NCBI GenBank assembly: GCA_963662335.2
Contig: CAXXVD010000005.1
Coordinates: 32,001 to 96,000, forward strand
Direction of reading: 5' to 3'
DNA length: 64,000 nucleotides
Source: Chloroflexota bacterium
GTDB taxonomy: Bacteria > Chloroflexota > UBA11872 > VXOZ01
This document shows positions 39,321-49,149 of the stretch, piece after piece (position 1 is the first letter of the stretch; every line of letters begins with the position of its first letter). The notes under the pieces are model-generated. The model was not told the DNA's origin. It saw nothing but the letters and a program-made list of their open reading frames with translations, and did no database searches. A program made the translations under genes and the position numbers.

Positions 39321-40331
39321 ATGGAGTTCAAGGACTACTACAAGGTGCTTGGCGTCTCGCCAAAATCCTCGTCGAAGGAGATCAAGCAGACGTACCGTCG
39401 TCTCGCGCGCAAGTACCACCCGGACGTGAACCCGGGCGATGCCGGGGCCGAAGAGCGTTTCAAGGAGATCAATGAAGCGTACGAGGCGCTGCGGGACGAG
39501 AGGAAGCGGGCGCGTTACGACCAGGCGCGCGCCGCGCACCGGTCCGGGCGCGCCTGGCAGACCAATACCAACGCGCGCACCGGCGGCTTTCCGTTTGACT
39601 TTGGCGGTCTGGACGGTCTCGATTTCGAGGGAATTGGGCGCGGCAATGCGAGGTCCGGCGGCTTTTCGGATTTCTTCGAATCGCTCTTTGGCCGCACGCA
39701 GCAGCCGGACGACCGGCAAGGCCGCAACCTGGAGCAGGAACTCGAGGTCACGTTGGCCGAGGCCTACGCCGGCACGAGCCGCACGTTCAACGCGCAGGTA
39801 CCTGGAACGTGCCCCGCCTGTGGCGGCGCCGGCCACGCCGCCGGCACGGTATGCACCGGTTGCCGCGGCAGCGGCAGCCGCTTGCGGCAGCGGCGGCTCG
39901 AAGTGAAGATTCCGGCCGGTGTGCGTGAAGGCTCCCGCATTCGCGTCGCGGGTGAAGGGCATCCCGGCACAAACGGCCAGCGCGGCGACCTCTATCTGGC
40001 TGTGAAGATTGCGCCGGACCCGCGCTTCGAGTTGCAGTCCGACGATCTGCACGTTGACGCGCACGTGGATCTCGTGGACGCCGTCCTGGGCGCGGAGATA
40101 CACGTGCCGACGCCGGACGGCAAGAGCGTCATGATGCGCATTCCCGCTGAAACGCCAAATGGACAGGTGTTTCGCCTGGCCGGCCAAGGCATGCCGCAAC
40201 TCAAGGGCGGCGCGCGCGGCAGCCTGTTCGTGCGCGTCCACGTGCGACTGCCCAAAGGACTATCGCCGCGAGAGAAGGAACTCTTTGCCGAGTTAGCGCA
40301 AATTCGCAAGGGCAGCCCGGTAACGGCGTAG
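39321..40331 (+). CDS. dnaJ: DnaJ/CbpA-type J-domain co-chaperone
   Basis: MEFKDYYKVLGV, KYHPD, G/F-rich region with FSDFFESLFG, two CxxCxGxG motifs, C-terminal domain. Confidence 0.93.
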   Translation: MEFKDYYKVLGVSPKSSSKEIKQTYRRLARKYHPDVNPGDAGAEERFKEINEAYEALRDERKRARYDQARAAHRSGRAWQTNTNARTGGFPFDFGGLDGLDFEGIGRGNARSGGFSDFFESLFGRTQQPDDRQGRNLEQELEVTLAEAYAGTSRTFNAQVPGTCPACGGAGHAAGTVCTGCRGSGSRLRQRRLEVKIPAGVREGSRIRVAGEGHPGTNGQRGDLYLAVKIAPDPRFELQSDDLHVDAHVDLVDAVLGAEIHVPTPDGKSVMMRIPAETPNGQVFRLAGQGMPQLKGGARGSLFVRVHVRLPKGLSPREKELFAELAQIRKGSPVTA

Positions 40332-40384
40332 GCCGCGCGTCTCGGAATCGGGCAAGGCCGCAGTGGGGGGAGATTGAGCATAGC

Positions 40385-40747
40385 ATGAACATCCGCTTTG
40401 AAGGCGAGGGGCCGTTCTTTGCCATTGGCGTCGTGGCCGAGGTGCTGCGGGTGCACCCGCAAACGCTGCGGCACTACGAGCGCCTGGGGTTGGTCAAGCC
40501 GCGCCGCTCCAAGGGCAATGTTCGTCTCTATTCACAGGCGGACCTGGAACGGATGGAGCAAATCCAGCGCCTGGTAAATGACTTGGGCGTCAACCTCGCC
40601 GGTGTCGAAGTCATCCTCAATCTCACCGAGCGCATGGAACGGCTTCAAGATGAGATGGATCAGAAACTTGCCGCGCAGCGCGAGCAGTATGAAGCGGAGA
40701 TTGCGCGCCTCAAGGGCCTTTTGCAACGGGTGACCCGCAACTACTAG
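40385..40747 (+). CDS. hspR: MerR-family heat-shock repressor HspR
   Basis: IGVVAEVLRVHPQTLRHYERLGLVKPRRSKGNVRLYS, LGVNLAGV; directly follows dnaJ. Confidence 0.93.
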   Translation: MNIRFEGEGPFFAIGVVAEVLRVHPQTLRHYERLGLVKPRRSKGNVRLYSQADLERMEQIQRLVNDLGVNLAGVEVILNLTERMERLQDEMDQKLAAQREQYEAEIARLKGLLQRVTRNY

Positions 40748-40779
40748 GCATTCAACAATCAGGCATTGTTGACACTCAG

Positions 40780-40997
40780 TGTCATTCCGAGCGCAGCGCG
40801 GAATCTACACGTAGCGTGGGGGGCTTGTCCCCAGTTGGAACTACAGCGTAGCGCGGGGGCTTGTCCCCCGCTTGGGACACCTGCGCGGCATGTGGCGCAG
40901 ATAGATTCCGGCTTTCGCCGGAATGACAGACAATGCGCCGGAGTGACGGGCTGCGCACCGGAATGACGGATGAGGCGCCGGAGTGACAGGCTGCGCG
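40780..40997. repeat. Composite repeat: TGTCATT-family inverted pair enclosing two GTAG-type REPs, followed by a 20-bp-period tandem array
   Basis: 40780-40806 and 40903-40928 are inverted; GTAG REPs at 40811-40833 and 40848-40871; CCGGA(A/G)TGAC at 40918, 40938, 40958 and 40978. Confidence 0.88.
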
Positions 40998-41055
40998 CTT
41001 GGCATTGGCCCCTGCGCCGCCGGCTGCTTGCGGCAACGAATAAGGATGATGGTAC

Positions 41056-43554
41056 ATGGCATGGAATGACCGTTTCACCACCAAGGCACAGGAAGCGCTG
41101 GGCAAAGCCCAGGAGATAATGCTCCAGCACAAGCACAATCAGCTTGACACCGAGCACATCTTGCTGGCCCTTCTCCGGCAGAGCGACGGCTTGGTACCGC
41201 AGATGCTGGGCGTCCTCGACGTCGAGCCCGCGCAGCTCGAGCAACGCCTGGAGATGTCGCTGCGGCCCCGGCCGCAGGTATCGTTCGGTCAAGGCGGGCA
41301 GGCGTCGTACTACCTCACGCCGCGCGCCCAGCGCGTGTTCGCTCTGGCCGAGGAAGAGGCGAACCGCCTCAAGGATGAGTACATAGGCGCTGAACACCTC
41401 TTGATTGCCATTGCCGTGGCCGAAGACGGGCACGCGCACCGCATTCTGCAGGAAGCGGGCGTCGATCGAGAGAAGATCTACCAGGCGTTGGAGAAGGTGC
41501 GCGGCTCCCATCGCGTCACCGACCCGGAGGCGGAATCCAAGTACCGCATGTTGGAGCGCTACGGTCTCGATCTCACGCAGTTCGCCCGCAACGGCAAGCT
41601 CGACCCGGTCATTGGCCGCAATGAGGAAATCCACCGCGTGATGCAGATCCTCTCGCGCCGCACCAAGAACAACCCGGTCCTCATGGGTGAGCCCGGCGTC
41701 GGCAAGACCGCCATCGTGGAAGGCTTGGCGCAGCGCGTCGAGAGCGGCGACGTGCCGGAGCAATTGCGCGAAAAGCGCGTCATCGCTCTGGACATGGCCG
41801 CGCTGCTGGCGGGCGCGAAGTTCCGGGGTGAATTCGAGGAGCGTCTGAAGGGCGTCGTGGACGAGGTGCAGCAGGCCAAGCGCGAGGTCATTCTCTTCAT
41901 CGACGAACTCCACACGGTGGTCGGCGCGGGCGGGGCCGAGGGCGCAATCGACGCGGCCAACATCCTCAAGCCGGCCCTGGCGCGCGGCGAGTTGCAGGTG
42001 GTCGGCGCCACTACCCTCGACGAGTACCGCCGCCACATCGAGAGAGACTCCGCGTTGGAGCGCCGGTTCCAGCCGGTCTACGTCGAAGAACCGACCGTAG
42101 AGGACGCGATAGCCATTCTGCGGGGGCTGCGCGAGAAGTATGAGACGCACCACGGCCTGAAGATCCATGACGGCGCCGTGACCGCGGCCGCCAAGCTATC
42201 GCACCGGTACCTCACCGAGCGCTTCCTGCCGGATAAGGCGATCGACCTCATCGATGAGGCGGCGGCCAAGGTGCGCATGGAGATCTTCAACATGCCGGCG
42301 GACATCAAGGAGCTTGAGAAGCGGCTCAAGCAGACCGAAGCGCAGGAAGAAGCCGCCTGGCAGAGCCGCGACTATGAGCACGCCGCCAATTGCCGCACCG
42401 AGCGCTTGCGGTTGCAAGACGAGTACCAATCCGCCCGCGAGCAGTGGCTTGGCAGCCAAGAGACGCGGGACGAGGTTGACGCGAAAGACGTGGCGCAGGT
42501 GCTGGCCAAGTGGACCGGCATCCCGGTTGCCCAACTCTTCCAAGAGGAAGCGCAAAAGCTCTTGCAGATGGAGGCGGAACTCCACAAGCGCATCGTGAAT
42601 CAAGAGGAAGCAATCGCAGCGGTCTCCGAAGCGATTCGCCGCTCGCGCTCGGGGCTGGCAAATCCGAAGCGTCCGATTGGCAGTTTCCTCTTCGTCGGCC
42701 CCACCGGCGTCGGCAAGTCCGAACTGGCGCGGGCGCTCGCCGAATTCATGTTCGACGACCAGGACGCCCTGGTGCGCATCGATATGTCCGAGTATCGGGA
42801 GCGGCACAGCGTGAGCCGTCTCATCGGCGCGCCGCCGGGCTACGTCGGCTACGAGGAGGGCGGCCAGTTGACCGAGGCCGTACGGCGCAGGCCCTACCGG
42901 GTGGTGCTCTTCGACGAGATCGAGAAGGCGCACCCCGACGTCTTCAACACGTTGCTCCAGGTCATGGAGGACGGCCGCCTGACGGACGGGCACGGCCACG
43001 TGGTGGACTTCCGCAACACCGTCATCATCATGACCTCCAACGCCGGCGCCAACGTGCTGCGCGCCAACGGCGTGCTCGGCTTCCAGCCCGGCGGCACGGA
43101 TGAAGAGCGGGAAGACTACGCAGCGACCACGGCCAAGCTGCACCGGGAGTTGCGGCAGGCGTTCCGGCCCGAGTTTCTCAACCGTATCGATGAGATCATC
43201 GTCTTCCACTACTTGAACAAGCGCCAACTGCAAGACGTGGTGGAGCGCATGTTGGCGGAAGTGCGGCTGCGCTTGGCGGAGCGGGGTGTTACGCTAGAGG
43301 TACGCCCAGCCGCCAAGTCCTGGCTGGTGGAACACGGCTACGACCACGACTACGGCGCGCGGCCCTTGCGCCGGTTCGTGCAGCGCGAGATCGAGAACGC
43401 GCTCGCCAAGATGCTGCTCAGTAACGAACTGGCGGAAGGTTCCCGCGTGACGGTGGATCTGGAAGGAGAAACGCTGCGCTTCGGCGCTTCCGCGGCGGAT
43501 TCGGCGGAGTCGCGGTCACCGGAAACCGAAGGCGCGTTGGAGGCGGCATCTTAG
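41056..43554 (+). CDS. Class I Clp/Hsp100 ATPase (ClpB-like N-domain and NBD1; ClpC-like short M-domain and LGF loop)
   Basis: GEPGVGKT and GPTGVGKS Walker A motifs, [16 protein letters not shown], short coiled coil after [20 protein letters not shown]. Confidence 0.93.
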   Translation: MAWNDRFTTKAQEALGKAQEIMLQHKHNQLDTEHILLALLRQSDGLVPQMLGVLDVEPAQLEQRLEMSLRPRPQVSFGQGGQASYYLTPRAQRVFALAEEEANRLKDEYIGAEHLLIAIAVAEDGHAHRILQEAGVDREKIYQALEKVRGSHRVTDPEAESKYRMLERYGLDLTQFARNGKLDPVIGRNEEIHRVMQILSRRTKNNPVLMGEPGVGKTAIVEGLAQRVESGDVPEQLREKRVIALDMAALLAGAKFRGEFEERLKGVVDEVQQAKREVILFIDELHTVVGAGGAEGAIDAANILKPALARGELQVVGATTLDEYRRHIERDSALERRFQPVYVEEPTVEDAIAILRGLREKYETHHGLKIHDGAVTAAAKLSHRYLTERFLPDKAIDLIDEAAAKVRMEIFNMPADIKELEKRLKQTEAQEEAAWQSRDYEHAANCRTERLRLQDEYQSAREQWLGSQETRDEVDAKDVAQVLAKWTGIPVAQLFQEEAQKLLQMEAELHKRIVNQEEAIAAVSEAIRRSRSGLANPKRPIGSFLFVGPTGVGKSELARALAEFMFDDQDALVRIDMSEYRERHSVSRLIGAPPGYVGYEEGGQLTEAVRRRPYRVVLFDEIEKAHPDVFNTLLQVMEDGRLTDGHGHVVDFRNTVIIMTSNAGANVLRANGVLGFQPGGTDEEREDYAATTAKLHRELRQAFRPEFLNRIDEIIVFHYLNKRQLQDVVERMLAEVRLRLAERGVTLEVRPAAKSWLVEHGYDHDYGARPLRRFVQREIENALAKMLLSNELAEGSRVTVDLEGETLRFGASAADSAESRSPETEGALEAAS

Positions 43555-43665
43555 ACAAAGTCAGCCGTAAGCTAGCGGGCCGACGTGCACACGCATCGGA
43601 TTGGTACTCTCAATGGTCGTGTGACGGCGACACAAGGGATTGAGAGTAGGAGCTGATGGCTTGAC

Positions 43666-43737
43666 TGTCATTACCGCGAAAGCGGGAATCCAATGTGTGC
43701 GCGTCGAAGATGGATTCCCGCATTCGCGGTAATGACG
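43666..43737. repeat. Inverted doublet of a GTCATT(A/C)CCGCG-AA-AGCGGGAATCCA palindromic repeat
   Basis: TGTCATTACCGCGAAAGCGGGAATCCA at 43666-43692 faces TGGATTCCCGCATTCGCGGTAATGACG at 43711-43737. Confidence 0.9.
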
Positions 43738-44044
43738 GACTGTAGATCGCTTTTCTCATAGTAGTCACAATCTTCATGGCAATCACATGAAACGCACAAG
43801 CGAGGTTGATCACGCGCTGCCCCGTAGTTCCCGCTACTGGGGCAGTGGCAGTAACGCGCCGCCGGTTCTCCGCTAAGCGGAGGCCATCTGCTGCCCCGAT
43901 CCTCAATCCGGCGCGGCGCGGCTGCACGCGGCCGGCGCACGTGGCGCCTGGAGCGCCGTGGCCGCCTACACCCGCGTCCACGACGCTCAGGCGTTGGGCG
44001 GCAGCAGAGACTCTTCTCAGAACCACCCAGGTTGCCCGTTAACC

Positions 44045-44068
44045 GTAGCGCGGGGGCTTGTCCCCCGC
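44045..44068 (+). repeat. GTAG-type REP
   Basis: GTAGCGCGGGGGCTTGTCCCCCGC, identical to 40848-40871 and 49349-49372. Confidence 0.9.
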
Positions 44069-44112
44069 CGCCATGCGGCAACCGCTTGACTTGACCGAAG
44101 GAGCCTATTCTC

Positions 44113-45897
44113 GTGAGCGCACCCTGGAAGCGCACCCATACCTGCGGCGAGTTGCGCGAGCAACACGTCGCGCAGGACGTTACGTTGAACGGCTGGGTCC
44201 ACCGCCGCCGCGACCACGGCGGCATCGTCTTCATCGACCTGCGCGACCGCTACGGCATTACGCAGGTCGTCATCGACCCGCAAGCCTCAGAGGACACCCT
44301 GGCCGCCGTGGCCCAGGTCCGCAATGAGTTCGTGCTCAGCCTCACAGGCACGGTGCAAACGCGCCCGGCAGGCACGCGGAACCCCAGCTTGCCCACCGGC
44401 GACGTCGAGGTGCACGCCGCGTCGCTGCAGATCCTCTCGGTCACGCAGACACCGCCGTTCGACCTCAACAACCCCGCTTTGGAGGTGGACGAGGCCATCC
44501 GCCTGCGCTACCGCTACCTGGACCTGCGGCGGGAGGAGATGCAGCGCACGCTGGAGTTGCGGCACAAGCTGATCAAGGCGATCCGCGACTTCATGGACGC
44601 GGATGGCTTCTGGGAGATCGAGACGCCCATCCTGCTCAAGAGCACGCCCGAGGGCGCCCGCGACTACCTGGTGCCCAGCCGCGTCCATCCGGGCCGGTTC
44701 TACGCCCTGCCGCAATCGCCCCAGCAATTGAAGCAACTGCTCATGGTCTCCGGCATGGACCGTTACTTCCAGATTGCCCGCTGCTTCCGGGACGAAGACC
44801 CGCGCGCCGACCGCCAGCCCGAATTCACGCAGCTTGACGTAGAAATGGCCTTCGTTGAACGCGATGACGTCATGGGCGTCATCGAGCGCCTCTACCTGGA
44901 GTTGGCCGATACCCTCACTGAGAAAGCAGTGCAGGCGCGGCCGATCCCGCGCATCCCCTTTGCGGAGGCCATGGCAAAATACGGCACGGACTGTCCGGAC
45001 CTGCGTTTCGGCCTGGAACTGGTGGACGTCTCAGACATCGCGCGGGAGTCGGACTTCCGCGTCTTCAAGGACGTGGTGGCCAAGGGCGGCATTGTCAAAG
45101 GCCTGCGCGCGCCGGGTTGCGCCCACTACTCGCGCAAGCAGGTGGATGAGTTGACGAACCTCGTCCGCTCGCTGGGCGGAAAAGGCATGGTCACAATCGC
45201 CCTGAAAGACGACCAGGTGCGTTCGCCGGTCTTGCGGCATCTTGGCGAGGAGGCGCCGCGGCGCATGGCCGCGGCGCTTGCCGCACAAGCGGGCGACCTC
45301 GTGCTCATCGTGGCGGATCAGCCCGACGTAGCCAACGCCGTGCTCTCTCGCTTGCGCCTGGAGATTGGCGACCGGCTCGGTCTGCGCGATCCAAACACCC
45401 TCGCCTTCTGCTGGATCGTGGACTTTCCGCTCTTCGAGTGGGACGACGACGAAAACCGCTGGAGCTTTGTCCACAACCCCTTCTGCGGACCGTTTCCGGA
45501 AGATGCAGACCTTGTTGTCTCCGATCCGGGACGCGCCCGCTCGTTGCAGTACGACCTGGTGTGCAACGGCTGGGAAATCGGCGGGGGCAGCGTCCGCGCG
45601 CACCAGCGAGAGTTGCTCGAGCAGATTTGGCTGACCATGGGCTACTCCAAGGAACAGATTCACGAACAGATCGGCCACATGCTCGAGGCCTTCTCATACG
45701 GCGTGCCGCCCCACGGCGGCATTGCCATGGGGCTCGACCGCATCATCGCCATCTTCGCCGACGTGGAGAGCATCCGCGAGACCATCGCCTTTCCCAAGAA
45801 CCAGCAGGCCGTGGACCTCATGACGCAAGCGCCGTCGCCGGTTGACGAGGCACAGCTTAGCGAGGTGCACCTGGCGTTGCGCGCGCGGAAAGAGTAG
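44113..45897 (+). CDS. aspS: Aspartate--tRNA ligase, probably non-discriminating (Asp/Asn)
   Basis: RTHTCGELR, RRRDHGG, TPEGARDY, LPQSPQ, CFRDEDPRADRQPEFTQ, PPHGGIAMGLDR. Confidence 0.98.
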   Translation: MSAPWKRTHTCGELREQHVAQDVTLNGWVHRRRDHGGIVFIDLRDRYGITQVVIDPQASEDTLAAVAQVRNEFVLSLTGTVQTRPAGTRNPSLPTGDVEVHAASLQILSVTQTPPFDLNNPALEVDEAIRLRYRYLDLRREEMQRTLELRHKLIKAIRDFMDADGFWEIETPILLKSTPEGARDYLVPSRVHPGRFYALPQSPQQLKQLLMVSGMDRYFQIARCFRDEDPRADRQPEFTQLDVEMAFVERDDVMGVIERLYLELADTLTEKAVQARPIPRIPFAEAMAKYGTDCPDLRFGLELVDVSDIARESDFRVFKDVVAKGGIVKGLRAPGCAHYSRKQVDELTNLVRSLGGKGMVTIALKDDQVRSPVLRHLGEEAPRRMAAALAAQAGDLVLIVADQPDVANAVLSRLRLEIGDRLGLRDPNTLAFCWIVDFPLFEWDDDENRWSFVHNPFCGPFPEDADLVVSDPGRARSLQYDLVCNGWEIGGGSVRAHQRELLEQIWLTMGYSKEQIHEQIGHMLEAFSYGVPPHGGIAMGLDRIIAIFADVESIRETIAFPKNQQAVDLMTQAPSPVDEAQLSEVHLALRARKE

Positions 45898-45941
45898 GCG
45901 GCCGCGCCACACTCGCCGCTACCAAGGTAACTGCGTCGAGA

Positions 45942-45981
45942 CGGCCCGCTGCCGCGCGTACGCTTGCGCGGCAGCGGGCCG
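45942..45981 (+). terminator. 16-bp GC-rich hairpin after aspS (no U-tract)
   Basis: CGGCCCGCTGCCGCGC-GTACGCTT-GCGCGGCAGCGGGCCG. Confidence 0.55.
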
Positions 45982-46160
45982 GAAGACTCCGGTGCGGGAA
46001 TGCGGGGCGCCGCGTTCTGGATAAGAGGGGCTATCTGGATTCCCCAATCGTTCTCTGCTAGGCTTACTCTGTAAGGGACCGGCTCACCGCTTGGGCGCGG
46101 GTCTTTCAATTGGCCGCTCCAAGCGAGTTACAACGTGCAACACTCTACGGAGGCAGCCAC

Positions 46161-46985
46161 TTGAAGATTTACATAATGACCGACATGGAAGCGGTAGCGG
46201 GCGTTGTCGACTCGGAGAACTACTGCAACAAAGCCTCCCGCTACTATGAGCGCGGCCGCGAGTTGACGACGCTGGAGACCAATGCCGCCATCGAGGCCTG
46301 TCTGGAGGCGGGCGCGACCGAGATCCTCGTCGTGGACGGGCACGGCCACGAAGCGATCGACCCGGTGCTCCTGCACCCGGAGGCCAAGCTCCTCGCCGGT
46401 CGTCCCATCGGCTATCCGTTCGGGTGCGACGACAGTTTCGACGCCGCGCTGAGCATCGGCCAGCACGCGAAGTCCAACACCGACGGCGGCCACCTGGCGC
46501 ACACCGGCTCGTTCAACGTGGAAGAGCTTACCATCAACGGCGTTTCCGTGGGCGAGATGGGGTGCAACTTCCTCTTTGCCGGGTACTTCGGCGTGCCGAG
46601 CATCTTCCTCAGCGGCGATCAAGCGGCTTGCGACGAGGCCAAGGCGCTCGTGCCCAACATCGAGACCGCCGCCGTCAAGGCCGGGCTCCGGCACGGGCCG
46701 GCGGCGGGTCTTTCCGGGGACGAGAACCGGAAATTCAACGGCGCCGCCATCCACCTGCATCCGACCAAGGCCAGAAAACTCATCAAAGAGGGCGTGCGGC
46801 GGGCGCTCGCCAAACAGCATGAGATCAAGCCGTTTTGGCTGGAACCGCCGTATGAGCTTATCAGCGTGTCGCGACCGGAGAACGGCGTGCCGGCGCGCAC
46901 CGCCCGCGCAACCGCAGACGACGCCCTGGAACTGCTGAGTAAGCCGCGCACCTACGAATACGCCCACGCGGCCCCGGCGCGTTGA
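46161..46985 (+). CDS. M55 family metallopeptidase (DppA-like D-aminopeptidase)
   Basis: KIYIMTDME, VVDGHG, GQHAK, LAHT, GE.G, SGD. TTG start after GGAGG. Confidence 0.92.
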   Translation: MKIYIMTDMEAVAGVVDSENYCNKASRYYERGRELTTLETNAAIEACLEAGATEILVVDGHGHEAIDPVLLHPEAKLLAGRPIGYPFGCDDSFDAALSIGQHAKSNTDGGHLAHTGSFNVEELTINGVSVGEMGCNFLFAGYFGVPSIFLSGDQAACDEAKALVPNIETAAVKAGLRHGPAAGLSGDENRKFNGAAIHLHPTKARKLIKEGVRRALAKQHEIKPFWLEPPYELISVSRPENGVPARTARATADDALELLSKPRTYEYAHAAPAR

Positions 46986-47010
46986 CGCGGCGGCACACTG
47001 GGAGTAGGCC

Positions 47011-47679
47011 ATGCGGATCCTCGTCGTGGACGACGACCAGAAGATTACCGCGCTCCTGAACCGCGCGTTGACCCATCAGGGCTACGAGGTGGAACTGGCG
47101 CACGATGGCTTTCAGGCTATCTCGCTCGTGTCGCAGCGCCGGCCGCACCTTGTCGTCCTCGACATCCTCATGCCGGGTCTGGACGGCCTGGGCGTTTGCA
47201 AGCGCATCCGCCAGGAGAGCCAGGTGCCCATCCTCATGCTCACCGCCAAGGATGAAGTTTCCGACCGCGTGGTCGGCTTGGATAGCGGCGCCGACGATTA
47301 CCTGGTCAAGCCGTTCGAACTGGAAGAACTCTTTGCCCGCATCCGCGCGCTCTTGCGCCGCAGCACCTCGCCGGAAGACGAGGTGCTCAACTTCGCGGAC
47401 CTCACGTTGGACACCGTGGAGCGGCGCGCGGCGCGCGGTGCCAGAGCGATCGAACTCACGACCACGGAGTACGAACTGCTGCTCCTCTTCATGCAAAACC
47501 CGCGGCGCGTTCTCCGCCGCCACTACATCATGGAGCAAGTGTGGGGCTTCGACTTCGAGGGCGAATCGAACGTCCTGGAAGTCTACGTCGGCTACCTGCG
47601 GCAGAAGCTCGAGGCGGGCGAAGATGCGCGCATCATCTTTACGGTGCGCGGCGTCGGGTACGTGCTGCGCGAGACGTGA
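47011..47679 (+). CDS. OmpR-family response regulator (MprA-like)
   Basis: RILVVDDD, LDILMPGLDG, GADDYLVKPF, SNVLEVYVGYLRQKLE, TVRGVGY. Confidence 0.95.
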   Translation: MRILVVDDDQKITALLNRALTHQGYEVELAHDGFQAISLVSQRRPHLVVLDILMPGLDGLGVCKRIRQESQVPILMLTAKDEVSDRVVGLDSGADDYLVKPFELEELFARIRALLRRSTSPEDEVLNFADLTLDTVERRAARGARAIELTTTEYELLLLFMQNPRRVLRRHYIMEQVWGFDFEGESNVLEVYVGYLRQKLEAGEDARIIFTVRGVGYVLRET

Positions 47680-47682
47680 CCC

Positions 47683-49149
47683 ATGTCTTTGCGGCTCCGG
47701 CTCACCATACTCGCAGGCGGCGTCCTCGCGATTACGCTCGTCATCTACTACTTCTTCACGTACGTGCTCATCTCGCGGGCGATCTACGCCGAGATCGACC
47801 AAATCCTGGAGACCCAGGTGCGCGAGTTGCTGCTCTACATCCAGCCGCGTCCCACGCTGCAGGGACTGCAAATTGCGCCGCGGCCGGAGTATAGCGACGT
47901 CTTCGTGCACTCCGCTACGTTCGTGCAGGTGGTCGGCAGCAGCGGCGCGGTGCTTGCGCGCTCGGCAAGCCTGATCGACGAGCGCCTTCCCAGCGGCGCC
48001 GAGACGCTGGAGCGCGCCCGCCGCGGCGAACCCTTCATCGAAACCGTGCCGGTTCACGGCACGCCGTTGCGCATCTATCACCATCCCTACGTGGACGGAG
48101 GGCGGCTGCTCGGCATCCTGCAAGTGGCGCGCTCGCTTACCGACGTCGAGACGAGCCTGCGCCAATTGCGCGCCATCATCCTGATTGGCGGCGGCGTCAT
48201 CGTGCTCTTTGCCACGGGCTTGGCGTACCTGGTCGCGCACGCCGGCCTCTTTCCGCTGGAACGCCTGGCGCAGACGGCGCAGCGGATCGGCCAGACGCAA
48301 GACCTCAGCCGGCGCGTGCCCCAGGCCGGCGCGAATGATGAAGTCGGCCGCCTGGCCGTGACGTTCAACGCCATGCTGGACCGCCTGCAAAGCAGCTACG
48401 CGCGCGTTGCCGAGGCGCTGGCGGCCCAGCGCCGCCTGGTGGCCGACGTGTCCCATGAACTCCGCACGCCGCTGACGGTCATTCGCGGCAACGTGGCCCT
48501 CTTGCGCGACATTCCCGACCTGCCGCCGGACGAACGCAAAGCGGCTTTGGACGACATTGCCGCCGAGGCGGAACGCATGAGCCGCTTGATCACCGACATG
48601 CTGGCGTTGGCGCGGGCCGACGCCGGCCAGACCGTGCGCCGGGAGCGTGTCGATCTCAACGCAATCGCGGCGGACGTGTGCCGCCAAGCGCCGTATTTCA
48701 ATGCCATGGTCTCGGTGGGGATGCGAGCCGCAGACGATACCGCGTACGTCTGGGGCGACCCGGACCTGCTGCGCCAACTGGTCTTGATATTGCTCGATAA
48801 CGCCCTGAAGTATACGCCCGCCGGGGGTGAGGTCACGGTGAGCACCGCCAGCGTGGGACATACCGTCTCACTGACGGTGCAAGACACCGGCATCGGCATG
48901 AGGCAGGCGGACATTGCCAGCGCCTTCGACCGCTTCTACCAGGCGGACAAGGCTCGCCGCACCGGGGGATTTGGCCTCGGGCTTTCGATTGCCAAGTGGA
49001 TTGTGGAGGCTCACGGCGCCGCGCTTGCCATAGAGAGCGCCCCCGGTCAGGGCACCACAGTAGCGGTTACGCTCCACCGCAATGCGCCGAGTGCGGAAAC
49101 AGACACGGTGGCGGTGGACACCAATCCCTCGGCAGCGGACACACCGTAG
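47683..49149 (+). CDS. HAMP-domain sensor histidine kinase (MprB-like)
   Basis: Two TM helices, HAMP (DEVGRLAVTFNAML), H-box DVSHELRTPL, LDNALKY, DTGIG, GGFGLGL. Confidence 0.95.
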   Translation: MSLRLRLTILAGGVLAITLVIYYFFTYVLISRAIYAEIDQILETQVRELLLYIQPRPTLQGLQIAPRPEYSDVFVHSATFVQVVGSSGAVLARSASLIDERLPSGAETLERARRGEPFIETVPVHGTPLRIYHHPYVDGGRLLGILQVARSLTDVETSLRQLRAIILIGGGVIVLFATGLAYLVAHAGLFPLERLAQTAQRIGQTQDLSRRVPQAGANDEVGRLAVTFNAMLDRLQSSYARVAEALAAQRRLVADVSHELRTPLTVIRGNVALLRDIPDLPPDERKAALDDIAAEAERMSRLITDMLALARADAGQTVRRERVDLNAIAADVCRQAPYFNAMVSVGMRAADDTAYVWGDPDLLRQLVLILLDNALKYTPAGGEVTVSTASVGHTVSLTVQDTGIGMRQADIASAFDRFYQADKARRTGGFGLGLSIAKWIVEAHGAALAIESAPGQGTTVAVTLHRNAPSAETDTVAVDTNPSAADTP

